This document shows, in pieces, positions 12,038 to 23,967 of a stretch of DNA of 64,000 nucleotides. Source of the stretch: Oopsacas minuta. Taxonomy: Eukaryota; Animalia; Porifera. Every line of letters begins with the position of its first letter. Position 1 is the stretch's first letter. The stretch lies in assembly GCA_024704765.1 (NCBI GenBank), contig JAKMXF010000022.1:635055-699054 (forward strand), written 5' to 3'. The notes below the pieces were generated by a model that was not told the DNA's origin, did no database searches, and saw only the letters and a list, made by a program, of their open reading frames with translations. Made by a program: the position numbers and the translations under genes.

Positions 12038-15000
12038 ATGTCAGATTTACCAAAGGACTGGGAGGCTGTAGCTAGTAAAGATGGGACATATTACTGGCAT
12101 ACAGTGACAGGAGAGGTTACATGGAAAAAGCCGAAACAGCCTTCTAAACCTAAGCCCCCTCCCCCTCCTCCTCTTCCCAACTCCCCTATTGTCTCTGAAC
12201 CACCAGATGATTTGTATAATTACACTGACGACTATACACATGCTTTTCCTAATTACCAACCTGTGCAAACGTGTTATCAAAATGTTGTTTTGTTAAAAGA
12301 ACCCTCTCAAGATGATATCTCACCTTCTAAAGTTAAAACCGTTGATAATTATGAGAACGTTGAACTAATACAGAGACCATCTAGTCAAGATGAAATAAAC
12401 AAACCTGAGAGTACAGACAAACCAACATTAGATAGATATAGGGTGAGATGCTGGTAGTATTAGTAGATAGTTATCTATTAATCTTATTAGGCAATAATAA
12501 CGATAATATATCCAGTAAGTTCGGAGTAGATGATTAGTCCAGTAATGAGCAATAGCATAGTGTTAATTTCTGTAGCTAGCAAGTTTAACTTAATCCAGAT
12601 GGAATTTCATAACTGTTATAATTGTTTGCAAGTTTTTATATTTCTAGCTTTTGAATTGCTGCCAAATTTCTTTAATTAAATGATACAAACTGGAAAATCT
12701 TCAGCATCCGATTGAGAAATTTCAAATCTATTCAGATTTAAATTTCTATATTCAACTAAGCAATACACTCTAAAATCAAATTTATGGATTACTTTCTATT
12801 TATTTTTTTCGAATGCTGAATTCGATAATTAATCCAATATGTAACACCTAGCTTAGAGACTCAAGCATTTCCACTTCTACTCAAGGTTACTAATATTTCT
12901 TCTCCATGTCATATAACATGCGGTGAATACTATGAAATATAGAAATAATAGAACTGATTTAAATATACTAATTTGGATTTTAAATGAGAGAATTATTGTT
13001 ACAAAGGAGACGCAATATTTTTCGGATTAGTTATGAGCGCCAGCTTGATGTTTAAGCAGAGAGTGAGAGACTTCAAAATAAGCCCACTTAATGTAATATT
13101 AATTCTATGTAACAGTTTCATTCATAATATAAATTATCATAATAAGCGAGTATTTCTACTCTTCTTAAATATTCATTAATTGAGTCTATTAATCTCATTG
13201 GAATGTAATCAACAATCACATTTCAATTAGTTTATAATTCTATTACTTAGGGCCCTAGTGATAGTGAAGATCCGTATACTTGTGTGAACAAGGCTCCTGA
13301 CCGGAAGAGCAACTTCCGTCACTCAGCTGTGAAGAGAAAATTGTCTAATAATGTTGAAGAATTGGTAATAACTCGAGAAAAGGTAGATGTTAATGGAGCT
13401 GATAAAGTACCAGATATTCCTATCCGATCTCCTTCCATATATGACGACGAGGAAATTTGTAATAATCTCCCAGTATCCCAGGTCTATCCAGAGGATTCAG
13501 GTACTCAGTTCGCAGTGCCATTTTCAGATCAGGTATTCCTTATATTCATTTTTATTGTATAATGTATTCATGTATATTGTTATATTAAAGTATAGAGAAG
13601 TGGATAAGCCAGTTCTCATTAACGATCCACACTCATCACTGACTAAATTACCTTCCTATGACAAAGAACAAGACCCTCTCCTTACTAACGAATGTGATAC
13701 CAGTACAACTCAAACAGAAGTAAATAATCAGTCTCGTGATAGCGGTATTGGCCTCTCCTCCAGTTCTCGTGTTAATTCATACCAATCTAATTCTCCTTTG
13801 AAGTCTACTATCACTGAGAGGCCTGGTACACTGTATGAAAATGTAGAACTACCCTTTGAGAAGAATGTACCAACTACTCCTACCAAAGCACTTACCGAAG
13901 ACAAAACACTTCCTGAAGGTTGGAAACAGGTAATAAATTGATAACGTACTCAAATCATATTTCATCCAATACTTAAGAGTTATTATTACAGTGAATGCTG
14001 GTTATAAGGACCCCTTTGAGAGTAGCAAATAAGCAATAAATATACAGGAATATATGAGGACCGTTTTCCAGAGGATTGTGCTTATAACCGGAATCCACTG
14101 TATTTACATTTATGCTCTGGTTAGGTTGATTCAGATAACGGAGATGTATACTACTGGCATATAGAGTCAGGTGCCACACAATGGAACTTCCCAGAAGGCC
14201 AGCCTCTCTCTCCAATGCCTGTTATTCTCTCTGAAAAGATAAGTGAATCTTCCCAGCCTTCCACTCCATTATCTACATTTTCATTACCAAAGGTACCTCT
14301 ACCTGAACATACAAATGTACGGAGCTTCTCTGCTTGGCTTATAGACATACAAGACATAAATTCTAATGAGTTAAAGCATGGTAACTGTACTAACATCATA
14401 GAGAATTGTATACAGAGTGTGTCTGATCGTCTACAAGGTGATCAGGAATTAGAGCAGCAAGTTGTGCTTCAGGTGTCACCAGGTGTGTTAAAAGAATTAG
14501 ATGCTCAAACTAGTTCTATTAACAAAGCTTATTCTATCACTCGTATTCGTGCTTGGGGATGTAGCAGAGAAAATTCTCGGTAAGTTTTATCTGGATAGTT
14601 TTTATACTTTACAAGTTATAAACTTTATTCTAAATCTTATTTAATACATGTGTCCATCTGTAATCGCACTTCATTGTGAAGTATGAACAATTGTCGCATA
14701 ATCAACTGCGATCTAGATTTAACGTTGTCAATAGTGTGATTTTAATCGTCGAAAGAACTTTAGTCAATACTGTAATGAGGAATGTCTGATTTAAATATTT
14801 TATCACTCAAAATTCCTTATTATTTTGAGGAAGAAATTAACTTTTATGAAAACTTACTCTAAGATGGTACTCTAACTACAAATTTTACTAAATTTAGATA
14901 CATATGCACTTTGTATTCATATTGTAAATTCAATACCAGTGGATAGTTTGGGTGATAAAGTAGCTAGTATATCGATTCCATTATTTTTAGATATTTCGCA

Positions 15001-16119
15001 TATATAATTCGTCACAGTAAGAGTCAGGTTTACAAGTGTAACATTTATAAGTGTGCAAGTTCTGCGAAATCTCTCACACTAGCACTGAAAGATTTTTCTG
15101 GTAAATCTGCATCAGATAGCTCCACCCAATCCCCTTCAAAGGATAAGAGACAATCAACAGTATCAATTGGAGAAAACGAGTCGTGTAATCAACAAATAGA
15201 TGAAGGAGAACAATATCAACGATTCAATGTAACATTTCTAGGTTCTATTAAAGTAACAGAAGAGAGCGGTATTGAATTGATTTGTTCAAGTTTGGAGAAA
15301 CTTAAAAACCAGCCTGCTAACTGGATAGAAGCTATTATTGATATTTACACTACTCATTTCATAATTGTAGGAACCAAAACAGGTGAAGTTCTGACGGAGA
15401 CTAGAGTCCGTTTTCTATCATTCTTAGGTCTCTCAAATGACGATAGTATGTGTGGATATATTACTGGGGATGATGATACATACTTCTGTCTTGGTTTTAG
15501 AATGGAGCCGAATTCTATTCAACTTTCTCTTGCAATGAAGGACGCTTGTGAAAGCCGTTTTCAGCGAGTTTGTAAAGGAATTCCTGACGATTCGATCAGA
15601 TCAAATTCCTCCTCTCTCAAGAAAGGTGATTCTACTATCTTGAATAAAGCAGAAGTAGCTTCAGAAAAGATAGGCGGTTATTTCAAATCAAAAATGAGTA
15701 AAGTTAGTAAGCAAGTTGGACATAAACTACAGAGAACATCTAGTGCTAAAACTATATACGGAACTTATCAAGTACAACTCTATGGAAGTGCTCAAGTGCC
15801 AATTGACAATGACAAAAAAGCTGTAGAGGAAGCTATTTCATATCTAGAGAGTCAGAGTAATCGATTAACAAATCCACATGTTATAGAGTTCCAAATCACA
15901 CAAGGTGGATTTATTTTCCTAGACAAAGAGAAACGTAAATTTACGAAGAAAGTATTTTCAATTACTAACATAAGATATTGTCTGAAGAAAGGCCATTCAG
16001 TTGCTTTCGTAGTTATGAACAAATCAGGATTATTCGATGCTTACGCGTTTGGAGAAATAAACACAAATGCAAGTGTCATTATTGAAACGATACAAACAGC
16101 TGTAAATGAGAATGTTTGA
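12038..16119 (+). CDS. Fe65/APBB-like adaptor: WW-WW-PTB-PTB-PTB, 5 exons, ~869 aa
   Basis: Exons 12038-12442, 13251-13532, 13591-13929, 14125-14579, 14991-16119 splice in frame. WW1 LPKDWEAVASKDGTYYWHTVTGEVTWKKP; WW2 LPEGWKQVDSDNGDVYYWHIESGATQWNFP. PTB1 ITRIRAWGCSRENSRYFAYIIRH...YKCNIYKC resembles Fe65 IRVWGVGRDSGRDFAYV. PTB2 FNVTFLGSIKV...RVRFLSFLGL. A third PTB-like domain starts at YQVQLYGSAQV. Confidence 0.8.
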
Positions 16120-17553
16120 CCCGCTTTTTGTCACGAAACTAGATACCTAGATGTATTTATTGCTATCAACTAACTTAGTCCAGAGAGTTGTTTTTATTAC
16201 TGTTTGCATGTTATCTTCTCGAGATGAGAACTATTTTAAGCTCCCCTGACCCTCTCCCTAACTTTTTGGTAAAAATTTTTATTTATTCTTTGATAAATTC
16301 AATCTCTGTGAATTTGTGTAATTTTTGCTATCAGATTGTTGGTTTACATATTCGTTGTTTTGCACTATTAAACATTTACAAGTAAATCCGATTTTATAGA
16401 TACGTACTATTTATTATATCTGCAAATTTTACATATGTGCTGCTAAATATATACATATTCCGTATATATATTCCGTATACATATTATTCCAATTCACTAC
16501 TTTCGTTAAATTTGCTTCATTTAATATGTGTTACATATATTTGTGTGCCACTTCCACTTCCAATTACTAAACTTTGCGCTTCCTGCCATGTGTTTACGAT
16601 TGAAACTGGATTCTCTAATTTGTTACAGTTAGTTGCTATAGAATTTGTGTGATACATATCAAATTATACGTTGCTGGATTAATATGCAGTAGCTTTGTAT
16701 AAATTATGTATTCCTACTAAACTACAAGTAGTTTTGGATACATGACTCGCCAGTACTTCGCTTGCTTTCTTGCTCATTAGCTGTGGAGAACGTGGAGAAC
16801 AGGAGGTAGATTACCAATATTACAGTAGGCACTGAGGTTTGATCAAACTATTCATTCAATTGCTATTTTACTTCATATAATGTTATATTATTAAGCTAAT
16901 AGATGGTATCTTTACCATACCATAGACCCACCATGTCCTTACCAATTAATAATTTGATAACTCTCGTGATGCAGTCGAAACTGTTTTTGTGCTCAGCAAA
17001 ATACACAGTAAATAGGCATAACAACCAGTTGCGGCCCCAGGGGACAAACGGGGCATTTGCCCCGGGTTTGAAATCTTATGCAAAATCTTGGATCCGCTCC
17101 TGATAACAACCTTAGGTGGGTAAACCTTAAGATTGGAGATTTTGCATAGTTGAAAGTAAAATCCTTATTGTATCAATAACTGACTTATCAAGACCACTGC
17201 TTATATCGAAGCAGGTCTGACATTTTCATATAATGCCAGTAAAACATCACTCACAACGAACTCAAATACAAAATCAAGGTTACATTATAGAACCTAACCC
17301 AAAACTCAATTAAATGATAACTTATAGAACCTAACCATTCCTTTCCCAGTAAACTAGTGATACATTGATTACTACATCATTTAATACACTATGCGATGTA
17401 CAACACAACACATACAACAATTTGCTTAGTTCTGCTAATGTAGCAAGCTACTGCACATTTATTGCTTATGGCTCCATCAGTATAAATGAGTGAAAGTACG
17501 CTTATGTTTAGGTGAATTGGAAAAAGACTTTACAAACACAATCCAGATTTTTC

Positions 17554-19940
17554 ATGTCTGATCAGACGCCTGAACTAGCATGTTCCACTCTTCCAGATCC
17601 TAAAAATTGTGATCAATCAAAAGGTAAGTTAAACTTATACACTATCCTGTCAAATACGTCCTCGTGGCTTCCGATTTATCTGTGAATATCGTAAGCACTG
17701 GAGACAAGTTCACCTGCATAATCCGACACTGTCCCGACGAGTGTGAGCTTATGCAAGTTCTACTGCATATGGTAGTAATGGGTCATTAGTTCTCTGGATA
17801 ATCACTCTATATGTATATACTTCCTAGCTACTGGGTACACATGATAAATATTGCCACATACTACATTTGTATATGTAAATGAAGATATTGGTTAGTCATG
17901 CATGATGAACTATTGTGTAATATATAATATTAGTGTTATTAATGTGTAGTATTATTAACAATAAGAAAATGTATTGAAATACGTATATACCTGCACTACA
18001 TAAATTTATTTCTCGACAAAAATCAGGGGCGTAAACTTGGGGTGTGCGTCGGGTGCCTAGCACCCTGGCGGCTGTGATGTCATGGTGCCGAAGGTATCTG
18101 GCACCCTGGCATTTTCAAACTGAACTAACCCCACAAACTCAATTTATCAGGTGGCGAGCGAAAAAATTTTCTCTTAACAAAAATTAAGACAAGGTTTCCT
18201 AGTTTTAGTGTCTGTTACCATCCCAAGAGCAAATCTTGCCTAGCGTTGCTAATTCCTCATTACGAGTTCATCAACAAGCTGTGATTGATCAAGTGTATCG
18301 ACATTGTTCTTGTACACAAGAACATCGTCGATACAACAATGTGTCGTGGCACCCTGTGTGTTTTGACGAAGTTTACGCCGGTAACAAAGACCACTAGTTA
18401 GATCTTATAATTATACTTTGAAATTAGCTACGATGAATTTTATCAGTATTTATCTAATTTAGGAAAGAGGAAGAGGTTTGACGTGCAAACAGGTAAGAAA
18501 ATAAACAAAATCGATTCAAAGCAAGCACTCGGAGTACCAACCAATTTAACTGACGAGTCTGATCCCCAACACAAAGGCCACCACAATGCAGTTGAGAAAA
18601 AGAGAAGAGATAAAATGAATACTTACATTCAAGATATCCGTCACCTGATCATAAAATCTTCTGATTTTCAAGTCAGTTGCAAGAGCGATAAGCTGAGCGT
18701 CCTCAAAGCAGCTTACCAATGCTTGTGTAAGATGAGAGGTATCCCCAATGTCTCTGCCAGCATAGATTGTCCTTCTTTCCTCTTCGAAGACGAAATCAAA
18801 CAAATAATCTCCAAAATGAAATGTGGCTTCATCATGGTGACAGACGCTACAGAAGGCACAATCGTATGGGACTACAATCTTGACATAAATCTAGGCTACA
18901 AAAAAGGGGAACTGTTCGGCTCCAGCATCTTCAGCTTAATCAAACAAACTGACGTCACAACCTATAAACTCAATTCTATTCCAAACACCACCGGATTAAT
19001 ACGCATAGCCAACAAACGATCTTTCATCTGTAACTTCATCTCCAAGGCTGTTCCTATCACTCAAGAGCTGTCTAGCTCACTCGAAACCTACCAATACCTT
19101 CCTATTCTTCTCTCTGGAGAGGTGAAAGAGATACAAACCTCCTTACTACTCGGGGACAGGGCCGCTACTTCTGACCTGGGGGAGTGCATCAAGTGCTTCA
19201 TAGCAATCGGACAGGGATTAACTACTGAAGTGCTTGATGTTACTCAAGACATGAGAGAGAGTGTTAAAGTCTTATCTAGAGAAGGACCAGATGGTAAAAT
19301 TGAGAACATACACGACTCCATTTTTTATATATTGGGGTACACGCCATCTGAACTAGTAGGACATACTTTTTTGGAATTTGTACACCCTCATGATGGCAAG
19401 AGATTATATAATTCTCTATTCGAAGCCTCAAATATTAGAAAGTATACTGAATTGATTTTTATACGTCTAAAGCACAAATCAGGCATTTATAAAACAGTCT
19501 CAGTGAAAAGGCTAGCTGTACGCCATCCCACACAAGGTACTATTACTTCCTTCATTTCCTGCATGGATGAGACATTCATCCTGGAAGAAAATTGGGATAA
19601 CATGTTCCCTGTTGAAGTACCCATTGTTGAGAAATTAAACGACCCATTTGCAATGCTGTGTCAAGAAACATTCATACCCCGAATATTCCCCCTGGAAATG
19701 GGAGTTGAACAATCTCAGGTTCCTTCCTATCCCAATATACTAAACCCTAAAGATTTTGATGGAGAACTTTCGACCCTTTTTGACACGCCCATTTTCCTTA
19801 AGGAGGCAGTTGAAAAATACGAGTATGCTCAGAATTTTGTTAATCAACCATTTGAAGGGCAGATTAATAACAATATCCCCACCGGTTTCAATAGCCTGAT
19901 GACTAACTTTGTTGATATTTTCACAAGCCAGCCCTTTTAA
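17554..19940 (+). CDS. Class II bHLH-PAS transcription factor (ARNT/BMAL1/CYCLE family), 2 exons, ~515 aa
   Basis: Exon 17554-17623 splices in frame (phase 1) to 18463-19940, adding a KRKR NLS. bHLH HNAVEKKRRDKMNTYI...KSDKLSVLKAA; PSFLFEDEIKQII linker; PAS-B ILGYTPSELVGHTFLEFVHPHD. Confidence 0.85.
18024..18383. mobile_element. Degenerate hAT-type MITE in the bHLH-PAS intron
   Basis: GGCGTAAACTT (18028-18038) and AAGTTTACGCC (18369-18379) are exact inverted repeats. Flanks ACAAAAAT and ACAAAGAC match at 6/8, consistent with an eroded 8-bp TSD. Confidence 0.6.
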
Positions 19941-22090
19941 TTAATTGTCCTTATTTCACACATCACATGGCATTTTACACAGTTTTTTTTCGCTAGCTTT
20001 TCATGACTATTTTTGTTTTCTGTATATTTTTGATCTTTTTGTAGCCTATTCATGCTTTATTCCTCTTATTAGCCACTAATGTCTCTATTATTCAATCTCA
20101 ATTGTTGTTTGTTTGTTTGTCCGTTGTCAAGGAAAGGATTTACGGTATGCAATTTTGAAATTGTCGCATAACTATATATTTATCGTGTTTATCAAGGAAG
20201 TAAATAGAATTCAATAAAACTTTACAAAATATATCGAACATGCTGAATCCGATTTTCACACTTTTGGATTAATAATATGTAAATTTATTGTTGTTTTTAT
20301 CAATGGTTATGCTCAGGTAATGGAGTAAGCTGAGTCCGAATATGGTATTGTAAACAACATCAATATTATTAAACCTCAATTGTTGTTTGTTTGTCCGTTG
20401 ATATGTAAATATATTGTTGCTTTTATGAATAGGCTTGCTCTAAACAGCTACACAGGGGTAACTAAGTACGCTGAATCCGAATTTCGCATTTTCAAGCTTT
20501 TCATATTTAAATTTATTGTTGTTTTTATAGATATAAAGTAAACAAATTAGCAAAATCTCAAGATTTACGTAGATACTTGTTCTCAACTGCTACAAAGGGA
20601 GTTGATCTTACAAAATAATTCAATAATATATATGCCATATACGTATATTCGTGAATTATATTGTTCTAAATATATCTATGTTATAATACTCAAAGGGGCC
20701 GTCAATTTGGATAATAATGGATAACTCGAGGTGCAATTCGCTGAGTTAATCGCGAAGCGATGAGCCAAAGGCTCGTTCATATTAAGTTGTGTTTTTACTG
20801 CAACAATTCAGAGCTGTTTAGTTGTATATCTTATAAATAGCACTAAGGATCTGATACCTACCATATATTGTTGCATTGCGTGTCGAGTGTTGCATTCAAT
20901 TTGCTTGATGGAAACAGTGTTTGGCTACAACATGTATGAAAAATATGTTGCATGCAACTTTGTTGAGTGCTCAGTTGTTACTATTTTCACAGAATCACAG
21001 TTGTCACATGTCAGTGTTATTTTTGGGAATTTTTCAGGAAATAATGAAATGTATTGAAACCTCGTTAAGGAAATTTAAAAGATGACTGTAATGGATATCT
21101 TAAAAAATTGTATTTAATATTACAATGTTTGTTGAATTTACGTTAATAAATAAACTCACTATTCATCTCTGCTTCAGTCTGTTCAGGCACGGTTCTTGAC
21201 TCTCTCCAGTGTCTCCACCCCGCTTATGCCCGACATCTAAATTAAATAAATGCTACATTTTATACGAATTGCAATACAGAGATTATCCACACTGCTTCTC
21301 CGCTCACGTGGCTACTTGCATTTTTTCTGTTTTGAAACCCCTGAAAACGCATGATTTTGGAATATTAGTTACGACGTAATTTCTAGATCTATCAACACTA
21401 TACTCGACAAAATTCTATAAATCTTTTACCAACTTCAATCAGTATATTTCTTCTAAATGAGGCTAGAATCAATCCTAGAATGTACGTGTTTATCCCCTAG
21501 AAGCAATATGTTACCCTCGATTTGTATCTAATTTTTTTGTTTTTTCATATAAGTTGGAGATTATGGTATGTGCTAGGAATTAGTTCTATTGTTCGAGACT
21601 CTACGTAGCTTACTGCACATCAATGCTACAATTATTGTTTATCAAGGCAGAAATGACTGATTGCAAATGTGAACTTTTTGAATCTATGTAATTAGGATTG
21701 AGCCGAAAACTTATTTTTAGATATGTTTCTTTTAATCTTTCATCATTTGCACACCCCTTCTTGTCTTGACAATCATTTTAGTTTAATTTGGGCAAATTTC
21801 GTTTTCCTCCCAATATAATTATTAAGTAATTTGATAAAGTTTCTTTTAATAAAATTATCGTCTGCTCGTACGTGGTAGTTATAAACCGCTTTTCAGTTGC
21901 TAATTACCAATTAAAGTGGAATTCTTAGGCATTCACACAATGATAGCATCTTTCTGTAAAGTATATATTTTGACAGTAGCTAAGTGTTGTATTAAAACCC
22001 GTAAATATTAAGTGCATTGTGCAACCAACATTTGTGATTTTTCGAATTCATATCTTATATAACTAAATACATTTCTTGCTCAGTATTCAG

Positions 22091-23823
22091 ATGAAGCGTA
22101 GCAACCTTAAATCTCCAATAGAACCTTCAAATTCTTCTTTTCCAGTACTACCTTCCTTACAAAATCCCAATGTGAGACGTAGAGTGAGTTTTGGCCGTAA
22201 AGAAGTGCACGAGTTTGAAGTTGAGAATCTTTTCTCTCAAGACAAACCCGATACGGTAAGTTTGTTATAGTTTGTTATGTATCTACTTACTAGTACTTAG
22301 CGCATCTCAAAAGTAACATGCAATTATGAAATTGGATTATATTATACTTGTACTATGTTTGTACATTAATATGAGAACAATATAATACTGTTGGTGTTAG
22401 GAAGGCTATTTCGAAGATGATTAGTTGTAAATTTTGAAAAATAACTTTTTATCAAATGTAAGGTTGGTAGAAGAGGTAACCATCTTTTTTTAATGACCAA
22501 ATATAGTAATATGTCATTCTACATAATTTTCTACGTATTTCTAGTATTATATTATTGACTACTATCTAGAACACATCCAGGGTATCTTTGGGAGAATCTA
22601 TGGAACTGACTTGTATGGATAATTACAATAAAGTACCTTTATTCATGCATGATCAGCTACAGGCTGACAACAACCAATCAGTCCCTATAGCACAAGTACA
22701 ATGTGGGAGAGAAATTCCTGTTTTACATCCTGTAAGAGCTCCTCTCTTAGAAAAGCAATCACAAAGGTATCCTAGTATCATTCTTTATACATTAACAAAT
22801 GCTGTATTCTTATTGAGCTAGTCTTATAGTAACATACAAGCACCTTCTGAACATGTTTATGAGGATCATAAGACATGTAAGTATTCAATTATACATAGTG
22901 TAGTACGTATATATCTTGGATGTCAACATTCCTTACGCAAAATATTTCTAATACATTCTTGAGCTAATTAGTTATTAGCTATAAAGTGTTTTGAGAATAT
23001 TGATGAGTTATTAAGTAGCTTAAGAGAATTCTACTTTAGCTTTGGTTTGGGGGTATTCAATACATAAATGGAATTAGACGGAATGTAGTAATTCCTTTGA
23101 ATCCTGCTCATTCTAGTTGATAAAACCGATGAAAGCATTCCTATTCTGAACATAAGTAATCAACATTCACTTGTTAATAAAGCACATTCACTTCCGAATA
23201 CTTTTGATGAGAATATTAATTGTCGACCTGAAGTGTCCATGGAGTTGACTGAGATTAACGTAGTGAATGGTAAGTTATATTTATAAACTTATTTATTAAG
23301 AATTAATGAATCTTATTTTTTAGCTGATGAATTTATTAATCAAGAAATAGAACAACCTGCTCGCTTAACACCACATCATCCTTTCAATGGTACATCCCGT
23401 ATGTCATGGCTGAACTACAGTCAAATTAACTATGTAGAGAAAGTTGATGAATCTATTCAAACAACGCTTAACGATACTCCAATTTCTTTCCTGAAATGCA
23501 ATGGCCTAACTATTTCAATGATGCTACCGACTACTGAGAAGGCTGATAGAAGAAGATACGAAAAATATTTGGTGTATAGAGCTAGTATTATAAAACTCCG
23601 TCCAATAGTTGATATGTTACAAAAACAGAATTTAGAACTCGAAACCAACAAAAGTGATCTTGAGAAGAAATACTCAGAAAAAGTGATTTATTTAGATAAC
23701 GTCAAAGGAAGATTAGCTATAGCAAAAGCAAAGGTTGAAACTAAAAGAAATACAATTCAGCTGGATATACAAGCCCGCCTACAAGTTGTTAAGGATAAAT
23801 TTCGTAGTATAGATAAATATTGA
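22091..23823 (+). CDS. KNL1: Miniature KNL1/Spc105-like kinetochore scaffold, 5 exons, ~353 aa
   Basis: Exons 22091-22255, 22570-22766, 22830-22876, 23117-23269, 23324-23823 give one open frame. It carries SNLK (SILK-like) and RRRVSF at the N-terminus, two MELT motifs (GESMELT, EVSMELT) and a C-terminal coiled coil. An upstream exon cannot be excluded. Confidence 0.65.
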
Positions 23824-23967
23824 ATAATATGGATTGTGGCTGATTATCTCATAGGGCCTTCGTGTATCTGTGTATTCATTCATATAGAAGAGAATTGCTC
23901 AATTTACTTTCATTGTAAGAATTTGATTTTTCTTACAAAATATTTGTATCTTTTGACATTAGCAATA

